Source of the DNA: Paragordius varius
Taxonomy: Eukaryota; Animalia; Nematomorpha
DNA length: 64,000 bases
Reading direction: 5' to 3'
NCBI GenBank assembly: GCA_964247055.1
Contig: OZ176054.1
Location: 5,704,001 to 5,768,000, forward strand
Shown here: in pieces, positions 50,791-61,400 of the stretch
Numbering within the stretch: the first letter of the stretch is position 1
Layout: every line of letters begins with the position of its first letter
Program-made: the position numbers and the translations under genes
Notes under the pieces: generated by a model
Database searches by the model: none
Seen by the model: the letters and a program-made list of their open reading frames with translations, nothing else
Told to the model about the DNA's origin: nothing

Positions 50791-50989
50791 TTGACAATTT
50801 TGTGGACAAATGAAAAACGAATTTTTCTTAACTTCTTAAGGATGAACATCCTCATTTTAATCTATCACACTAAAGTTAGTTTTCACACTAAAAATCTCCA
50901 TCTGGAAAGTTTTATCCTAAATATTTATCGTATAACATCACATCCTATATCCCACACTTCCTATTACATCTCTCTGATTTAACCTTACA

Positions 50990-53520
50990 ATATTATTCCA
51001 CGAAACCAAGAAACAATGCCTTAACAAATCTAGCAAGTAATTATAGCAATTAGCTACACTAAATGTCCGTGGTTTAAATGATATAAAGCCAACCTTCTAA
51101 CAAATTCCATGGCAATAGATATATCTCAATACTTAAACTTAGTAAGACCCATTGGAAAGATCAAGGTACCTATGAACATAATAACTTTGTTCTTCACCAT
51201 TCAGGTAACGCGGACGCCAAGAAAAATCGCACAGGTTTCTTAATGACCCAGGAATTTGCCAAAAACGCGGTATACAAACCGCATTCCGCCCAAATTTTAT
51301 TAATCCGCCTCCCTACAAAACCAATCGATATCACTATCATACAGGCCCACGCCCCTACAAGCACATCAGACGAAGATACTATATTAAAATTTTACTCAAG
51401 TCAAAAAAAAGACTTTCTGATTATATTGGGAGATGTCAAATTGGGATATCCACAATACCAAGGGTATGGGGTGGTAAAAAACTGGGCGAGCTTAACGCTA
51501 GGGGAAATATTAAACTCCTACTTTTCTCAACAAACTCTATACCTGGATTAGCCCAGATCAAAAGACAAGAAACCACATCGATTATATTATTGGTGAACAT
51601 AAATGGAAAAGTTCGTTTGCAAATTTCAAAACATTTCAAGGTGCTGATTGCGGCTCGAATCACAACCTCCTGAATGCCAAAACTAAACTAATTAACAATA
51701 ATAACTATGATTCCAAAATGCCTGAACCCTTTATAATTACAAATAGTTTTGCACACCGGAATCTATAAACGAATAGAACACCAATGACTGCTGGAATTAT
51801 ATAAAAACTAAAATTGACACTATTTCACGAAAACATCTAATTAAGAAATCAAAGAAAAAGAGACTTATCTTTCATCAGCTGCGCTCGATATTGCCGAAAA
51901 AAGACGTATAGCCAAAAACAATCCCAATCAAAAGGAGGTTTTATAACAAATTAAATAAATTTGCTAACCAACAAAAAAATTGATATAAACGCATATTACG
52001 ATAATCTTTGCGATGAAATTGAATATAATGAAAAAGATATAAACATTTTCACCTCAGTCAAACCAACGGCAACAAAAAAATATATTTGTAAAGGCCCTAT
52101 ACTTGATTCCAATGGATAGAAATTACTGAAAAGGATAATATAATTAACAGATGAAAACAATATTCCACAGATCTGTACATGGACTCATACGCATTCTCCC
52201 CAAAACCTCCCCATAGATAAACCACCCATCCTAGAAAGTAAGGCCCTAAATGCAATCAAATCCCTTCCTCGCAACAAAGCCTATACTACATTACTATCCA
52301 AATAAAACTTGCAATAGCTTACGAAAAAAATTTTCAATCAGACATCTGGCCAAACAATTGGTCTAAATCTCTATTTATACCGATTCACAAAAAAGGCAAC
52401 CCTAAAATATGCAACACCTACCGAACAATAGCGCTTATATTGCAAGCTTCAAAAATATTATTTATTATATTTTATTATAGATTATTATCACAAAATCCGT
52501 TTTCGGAAGCGAAGAGGCTGCAGAGACCATATCTACAACCGCAGGGTTATCATGGAAAAATATATTGAACACAGCAAACCAATTTATCTCTTTTTTATTG
52601 ATTAAACAAAAGCCTTTGAAAAGCTTATTCACAACACACTATCGGAAGCCTTGGAAAAAATTGGCAAACACCTGGTTTCATTTAAATAATCTTTATACAG
52701 CAACAGTGAGGCATATATTCGCACACGGTACCTCTGATTCGTTTCGCCCGTCAAGGGTGCATCCTTTCACCACCATTATATAATATATACACCGAACATA
52801 TCTGGTCCATGTTGGATACTCATAATCATATCGGTGTAAAACTAGGCGGAGAAATAATTAATAACCTTGCTGATACACAATACGTTTAATAACAGCTCCT
52901 GGAAAAATCACATCTTGAGAGCCAATCTCATAGCCTCGAATTAACTTGGTAAAAACCAAAGTCATATCAAAAGACGCCACATGCCTAATCAAAATGGGCG
53001 AACACTGTTTAGAAACACTAGACAATTATATATATTTAGGAGTGGAAATATAATACAACACCTGAAATTAAAGGAAGACTAGCCATAGCCAGAGAGAAAA
53101 TGAAATCATATCGCAAGATATGATCTTTATGAAAAATAAGAAAAACTACCAAAATTATATTAAATACCATAATACCCAATCGCAACCTATGGCTGTGAAA
53201 GGGTTTGCAAAAACTTTGACCAAAAAGTTATACAAGCTTTTGAGCAAACCTGTTGGAGAATACTTGGTAAAAAATGGATGGTAAAACTTAATGAATGGAT
53301 CTGCACAATCAACCCTGAGACCACATCACTTCAAATGATAACAAAACGGAGATTAGGCTACTTTGGCCACGTCATCCGCAACAACAAATTGGAGAAAACA
53401 ATGCTGGGCCTAATTAAAGGTAAATGTAAAAGAGGCAGACCCAGAAAAATATTGTCAAAACAATTAACAGATGATACCCACCTTACAATCCCTAACCTGA
53501 TCAATTTATCCTCAGACTGA
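50990..53520 (+). mobile_element. Second, more decayed RTE-type LINE
   Basis: ATLNVRG, IIQAHAPTSTSDE, YRTIALI and RRLGYFGHVIR...KRGRPRK fragments; many stops and deletions. Boundaries approximate. Confidence 0.85.
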
Positions 53521-53751
53521 CTTAGAAAATAAATTCTATTTTCAGGCGGTGGTTACGGTTAAAAGCATATATCACATATCCGTTTTAATAAATCCTGTTA
53601 GGAGGTGAAATAAATGGCGAGAATGGCCCAGAATGGGATTTGGTTTTAACCTCTTCTTTCATTGCATAAATGACAATGAAAATATATAACATCTTTATTC
53701 ATAAATAACAATATTCGTAAATTTTTCTTGTGATTGTTAAAAAAGAGGGCA

Positions 53752-54905
53752 TCATATATCTGGTATTTCAAATATTAAAATATTTTCATAATAATTTAAT
53801 AATTTATCTAAAAGAATGATTGGAACATTGGCTAAATGTGATATTTCTTGCAAACAATAGGTACCCTCCATGTATTTCAACAAATTATTAAGGCGTTTGT
53901 CTATTTTATTGTATTGTTTCTGACTCTGAGTTAAATCACTGTTAATAATAATAGGAATTTTTGATAGAGGAACAATAAAATCTTCATATAGCAAATGATT
54001 TATTATAATTTCATCGAGATCCTATAATTTGAGAGAAATTAAACTTTTAAAGTCTGTGACTTATTGAACAATAATGAATGATCTGAAAGCCACTTTTGAA
54101 TAAACTTATTAAGGGATATACGGGGGTTGATGATAAAAGTTTTATCCCCTGTTGAGACGAGTTTACAGTCAAGTAAATGATTATAGCAGAAATTGGCTTG
54201 TACCTAAGCATAATTTAAATTTTACTTGAAAAAGGGGAATGTCGCATATCTTACCCCATTGTGAAAATGTATCCAAATTAATAGCAGATATTTGATTGGA
54301 ATTCTCTTTAAATAATAGAGTATGAAATGGTTTCATCTTTATTTTAACTTAATTTACTTTCAATGTTGGTTGAGAATCGAAAATAATATTATATTTGTTT
54401 ATGATAATTTCAAACTTATCTTTGAAAACGTTTGCAAATAACTGCAATAAACTACCAATAATATCAGCTACTTCAAGATTGTTTGTGTTATTTATAAAAT
54501 TTATGTAATGGTCAATTTTATATTTTATTTTGGATGGACATATATGCTAATATATATTTAATTAATACCCAAAAACCAAAAATTATTCGATAAGTGGTAT
54601 TAGAATTTAATTTTTTGTTTATCAGTTTGGAGAGCAAATATGCTTTGTTAATTTGTAATATGAATTCATTGTCAAAATTATTTGTGAACAGGGATAATAA
54701 ATAATCATCTGGGGATTCATTAGTTATACTAATTAAAATATTTTATGTTATAAACTTGGAATTCGGTTCCAAATTTTGAGATATTTTGCTAAAATTAAAC
54801 ACTTTAAATTAGGATCATAAAACCTAAATCAAAAGAATTTGGGGGATATTTGAAAACAATCTTATCGCCCGTGCTCCCCGAACAGGTTAGAAGCAGGCCA
54901 AACAT
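53752..54905 (-). CDS. NPRL3: GATOR1 subunit NPRL3-like protein, about 338 aa, 7 exons
   Basis: Model exons 54905-54824, 54801-54756, 54728-54569, 54546-54358, 54336-54226, 54203-54045, 54021-53752 (1017 nt, open to TGA). MFGLLLTCSGSTGDKIVFKYP, MKPFHTLLF and LKYMEGTYCLQEI match the NPRL3 N-terminus, the RPYHALLL motif and the C-terminal FxGxHHLEEI region. Introns 1-2 have alternative solutions. Confidence 0.75.
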
Positions 54906-54958
54906 AAAAACAAACTCACATGTAACTATAATTTGATACACCTGGGATATTTGTATAT
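54906..54958. promoter_or_regulatory. 53-bp interval between divergent start codons (NPRL3-like / RhoGAP)
   Basis: ATG at 54905 (-) and ATG at 54959 (+). Confidence 0.55.
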
Positions 54959-57900
54959 ATGGATCTACAAAACAAAGGAGATATCGACGAACCATTGCAA
55001 TCATGGACCGACACTATAAAAGAACCACAATTAGAATATGATGATAATGAATTTAATTTACTAGACTTAAGTGGGGAAAGTAATCTTTTTTAAATTATAT
55101 GCAAATTTTTATTTTAGATATTGATTCTCTGGTCATTGAAGATGAAGTATTAGATAAAGGGTCTGACGTTGCTTTTTTCGGCGAAAATTATGACGAATTG
55201 TTAGATCAGATTATACAACCAAATGATGAAGCGTCTCTTTTTAGTGATATAAAAAAATACAACATTGTTACTGTTTCAGGTACACATGTTTAATAAATTA
55301 AGGTGATGATGCATACGGCCGCAAAATTATATCTATAAATGCGTGCAATCTCCCGGACAAACAGAAAATTAATTACAATACTTTTTTACAGTATTTTTTA
55401 TTTTATATTTGTTTAATACTATAGAAAAATTAGTTTATTTAGTTTGTTTACGTTTGATTCACGTATTAGCCTTTTGATATATCAATAACTATTAGAAGCT
55501 GCTTATTTTTTATTTTGTTGATTACGAGTCATTTTATAATCTGTTTTAATCGAACCGTAAAATTTTGATCGAACCATAAATATAGATATAAAAATTGTAA
55601 AAAAATCCGCATCTCAAACTCTTTACGCCACCATTTTATATCTATCCATTTTATAAAATGGCCAATGCAACAGTCAAACAAATTATGTATGGTAGGAAAA
55701 TGTAAATAATTAACTTTAAAAAGCTTTCAGGCTGCATTTTATCACCAAAAACATGATAGATTTTGATAATAGCTGTTTTTTTATCGTGTTTTGGAGCTGT
55801 CCCAATTTATACTCCAGAAGTCACAAAACTGTAAATAACCTTTTTTATTTAATACAACAATGTTTGATAATTAAATTTTAACTAAACTTTTATAAACAGT
55901 AGTTTATTTTCAAAATTGAGCTCTGGTACATAAAACTACCCCAATATGCACACTAGGACAAAAATGTGAATAGTTCATGCAGTGTCAAATACATTTTTAT
56001 TAGTAATATAAAAAAATTTAATTGGTTTAAAATTTTTATACAAATAAAAACTTGAATTAATGCATAAACGCAAAATCGCCGCCGCGATAAAAATGATAAA
56101 TGTTACCGATCCAAATAAATTGCTTTATATTAAAATTAAGTTAACTATACTTAGGCCCAAAATATAAATGTTTTTTTACGTTAAAGTATTGTAAAACACT
56201 CCATATAAATCGATGCTTAAATATTTCTGAAATACTTTATACTAAACAATTTTTTTAACATCGCTTTTTTAGATAAAATTATAGGTTTTTTTCAACGCAA
56301 ATTGGTCCTAATTATACTTATAATTCTATTTGGGTTATTTTATTATGTGCTTTAAAACCCGTTAATCTCTTTCGAATATAATCAATATTTAATTTATACC
56401 TCTTGAACATTGGTATGGTATAATTACGGATACTTTCTAGCGAATATGGCTTGAATAAAATTTTATACCTATCTAAATGCTAAAAAACCAATATTATAAA
56501 TATTTTAAACAAACAGGTACATACTACATACCCTGGACGCTTTTGTTGAATTAGATTATGTCATAGTATATTTTCATCATGGCCTAACTTCCAAAAATAA
56601 ACCCAGTATTGCATGGCTTTGGCAAGCTTATAAGATATTTGATCGCAAGTTTACATTGAAATTTTTTAAATAACCCTCCTACTATAGATATAAGAAAAAT
56701 TTGAAACAGATATATTTAGTCCATCCCACAAACTTGATCAAAGCTATATACCAAATATTTAAATCAACTCTAAGGTATCCACATGGATTTGTATTATAAT
56801 TTATAGTCATAAATTTGGAAACAAAATTACATACGTCAATTATCTAATCGAATTGCAAAAGCACATGTCATTGGACCAAATATACATTCCTCAATTTGTT
56901 TTAGAGTATTTCCACAAATAATTTACAATTTTAAATATTGCCAAACTTTTATTACATATACAATGCACTTCAATTGTTATATCCAATGAAAAAAACTCTC
57001 TATGCTATATAGTTAATAATTACAGATAATCCATATTTTTTTTAGATATGATAACAAATTATACTTAAGGGACAAAGAGAAGCTAACATCCATTATTCCT
57101 AATTTACCTTCCTTAGAAAAAAATGCAACTCCTATATTTGGTATTCCTCTCGATAAGTAGGACCCATTTTTAAATTACCCTTTAGTTATGATAAAATACC
57201 ACCCATTTTAGAAGATATCATTGAAAAACTCTTGAGAAACGATAAAAGTAACAATTTTGCATATACATACCTAACTTTTTAAAGCTTTACAAATTCCAGG
57301 ATTATTTCGGAGATGCCCAAACGCGCAAAAGCTACATTCCGTCAAACAAGCATTAAATTTAGGTTTTATAAAACATTTAACCATCTAAAGGACACACTTT
57401 ACAGAATGATCCTGATATCGATGCTCATACTTGGGCAACCCTTTTAAAATTTTATTTTAAAAGTCTTCCGGTTTGCATTATGGGTTCCGAAAACTACGAT
57501 ATCATAGTACAAAAGGGTATACTAGTTTGTTTGAATAAAACTTTGAAACCAAGTTGATATAGCTTTTTACCTGATTATGTTATAAAGTTTATGGATAAGC
57601 GCATAAAAGATTATTGTAGGGGCTTTCTGACTAAATATAAATAGCTGTAGTAAGAAAATATTGGGGTAATAAATTTTTTTTGGAAAACAAAAGATTACAC
57701 ATTAATGCATGGTCCCCAATTTTCAACAAAATTTTATTTAAGACTGATTAATTTAAAATATTGTAACATTCAACTATGATTAAATGTTTGATAATCAAAT
57801 ATTTTTTATATAGACATTGACGACCAATCAAGCACGTTTTGCCGGCAAATAGTGAATGAACTTCCAAACATTAATTATCAAACCTTGAAATATTTAATTA

Positions 57901-58272
57901 GTTTTCTCAAAGAGGTATGTATTTGATATCCAAAATACTATAATGTCTATCTAATTTTTTAGTCATAATTTATGGCGGAATCATTAAGATCACATTATTT
58001 TTTATCACCTTAAATTTTATAAATTACTTACCGTAATATCAAAATCGTATTTTTTAAAAATTTGTGTTTTTCCACTAAAATATTTTTTTTCATAGGTAAC
58101 CAACCATGAAACACATAATCACATGAATGCAAAAAATTTATCTATTGTATTCGGTCCCAATCTGATTTGGTCTAATTCACAGCAAAATACAATTGAATCC
58201 ATACATCGAATAAATAACTTTGTTGAGATATTAATTACTGATTATGACGTTATATTTGAAAATGATTCATAA
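54959..58272 (+). CDS. ARHGAP1: Rho GTPase-activating protein of the ARHGAP1/ARHGAP8 (RhoGAP68F) family; BCH/CRAL-TRIO + RhoGAP domains
   Basis: Exons 54959-55079, 55118-55279, 55303-55390, 56517-56648, 56688-56774, 56807-56905, 57046-57156, 57186-57247, 57285-57362, 57391-57516, 57814-57914, 58096-58272. [39 protein letters not shown] (arginine finger), [18 protein letters not shown]1 versus ARHGAP8 not resolvable. Confidence 0.92.
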
Positions 58273-58408
58273 CATTTATATATATATTATTATAAACATA
58301 TCCATCTAATCAATCAAAAACTTTATAATTCTAAATTATATTTATATACATATATATATATATATATTTCTCCAGACCAACAATAAATAATATATTTATA
58401 TAATTATA

Positions 58409-61400
58409 CTATAATATTTGGTTTACTATAAAAGATAAATTGCCCAAGTATCTATCATACAAAAAATATTTTTTGTCAACATATAAATATGTTATAGGTT
58501 CTGGTAATTTCTCAACAAAACATTCAGCCGTTTTAACGCAGTAGATGGGTAGTTTTTCATAATGATTTTCTGTTTCTATCTTCTAAGTATCATATATAAA
58601 ATAATTGTGGGTAACAAACCTCCAATCGTAACGTAATTGTAGGCGTTTTTGCAAAAATCTTTCTCTTCGTTTTTGGATGCTCAATCGTATAATTTGCAGT
58701 GTTTTTATCTATTTTCAATTCAAAATTCCATGTGTATATGTGTTCTAAAATAAGTATGTCATCTCTCTGGTCAATGTTTGTCTCGAAATATTTCAAAACA
58801 AAATTATAATCATTCAATTCATAACCATATTTTCTAACATTAAAAAATTATAAAATACTTGCACACATCTAATTTAAATAATTTCAAAAATGCTTCGGAG
58901 TTATTAAAAATTGACAAATCCACAGCTGTATTGTATAAATTTGGTTTTTCTATTAAATTGTAGATTTTTTCGGAATTCATTAATTGCTTCCAAATTCTTT
59001 TTTTGTCACTACATATCTGCAATAAATATAATTATTTATATTAAATTTTAATAAAAAAATATATTTCTAACCAATTACACAAAGCAATTCTCGATGTTTA
59101 ATTATTACCCATTCTCATATCATATTGTAATTGTCAAGTTTTATATGGATTGAGTCAAAAACTTATTTGAGATTAAAGAAAATATTAAAATATAAATATA
59201 ACGTGGTATCTAATGGGTAGCAAAATTAATGCTATTCATTGAATTACCTGTGATAGTTTTTTCATAAATAATATGTCAAAACAGATATGCCAAACGGGCA
59301 TATATTTTAAATTTATGATCAAATCGTATGATCCTATCTTACAAACTTTAAATGGTCATTTACGAATGTAGTTAATGTATTTGGAAAAACTTTATAAATA
59401 TGCTAGGATTAAAACAAGCAATTATAACATTAATAAGTAACGGTATTATTTCACATTATTTTTAAAGCCAGTTTGATCTCTCAAAAGGTCATTCTGATTT
59501 AATTTTATGAGCCAAAAAGCGAAGATATTTTAGGATCACATATTGACAAAAACAATTAAATGAGCTTAAGACCCGGAGAATTCAGCGGCTATGCAATAAA
59601 GTTTTATCCGCAAAATATATAAATTTTGGGTTTTAAACAAAACGAACTGGAAGCAAATATAATCTTTTCCCACTAATTATAAAATTAATTTGCATTTGTC
59701 AGGTTTAAAATAAAATTAATTAAATAATTATTTAATTATATATTACTTTTTCATCCGTATTCAATGTAGGTATAATTTCGCCATAAATTCTATCATATTC
59801 TCTTTTAAGATAATTATTGCTTAAAGAACATTCTTTATTTTCATTTTTGTCCAGTTTTTCTTTGTTTTGTATATAAGACTAAATAAATTAGGTTTAAGTA
59901 ACAACTTGACATGATTTATGAAATGTATCATCACCATCTTTTTCAGTTAATGATTGTGACGATGGTAATTGAGAGAAGATATCCAAAAACGATAATGTTT
60001 CATTCACTGATAACAAAAGGGAAGAATTATCAGGAATGCGTAGCTCTTTAGGATCCCAGGTCTGCTTTTTTAGCCAAACACCCAATTCATCACAATTTTT
60101 TATTTCATTCAACACTTTATGGTATTTCTTAGTATTGACAAAATTATCATTTACTATACATCTTAAAATCTATAAAAAAATAATAATCATATAATAACTT
60201 TGAGATCTAATTGATCTTCTATATCATTCGAATATGTTAGAGTTAAAGATTCAATTAGATTATTACTTTTTTCGTAAGTATCATTATTATTTAGTAAATT
60301 GAGTGAACATTCATAATGATCCACTGTAAAAAGATATTTATCGGTCCATGACTAAAGTTTAACATTGTAATATAAATGTATTTACGTTGAGATATTGAGA
60401 TCGCAAGACCAACTGCACATGAAATAATGTTAATTTTTTCTGCAAATCAAATATCTTGGCATTAATTAAAGGACGTTTTCCCAAAATATTTAACAATTTA
60501 TTACAAAGAGTATTGTAAACACCGTTTATCTCATTTACATTCAACATCATAATTTTAGTGTCCAGTAAAGGGATTATGAATTCAGTTTCTTTTATGCTTT
60601 CATAAGAATTGACAATTATGAATAGTTTTGTACCAACGTTTTTTAACTTTTTAAACTATAAATGGTCCTATAAATTACATTTATATACCGAATTAATGAG
60701 ATGTGTAACCATTATAGAGTCAAATTTGTGAATAAGCAATACCATCCATACATCCATAGACGAGTTATCATTAAGAAATATAAGCAAAGATTCAAATGTA
60801 CTCAATATTTCAAAATTTTCATCACTTATCCATATTGTACTTTTATCCTTCATGGTATTATATGGTAGGGTGAGATCAAAATTTTCACGGTCCTCATAAT
60901 TGAGCCATGTTTTTTCAATATTTACGCACAAAGGGTTAAATATAATGCATATCTTTTCAGCAAAAGATATAATAGTTGGCGGCACTGTAACTGGTTGTGG
61001 GATTGAAAAATGTTTTTCAAAATTTTTAATAATTTCGTCATGATAAAATGCCGTTGAATGATTTAAAAGGGAAAATTTATCAATCGTTTCCTGGCATAGT
61101 TTATTAACAAATTTCTATAAATATATGGTTATTTAAATACAAATTCATCGGGCAATTCCATATATTTATTGGACAACAAAAGAATCACCATAATGATACC
61201 AAATATATCATAATCAAATAAATTTGATTTTAACGTAGTGTACAATGAACAAATTAAATTCTTCAAGATTAAATAATCTTCAATGGTTTGCTAAATTTTT
61301 TTATCAAACAAAAAAATTACCTGGGAAAAATATTCCATAAAAAATTTGATGAAAAATGATTTGTCAAACTGGTAAAATGGGTTAGATAATCGTTGCAGAA

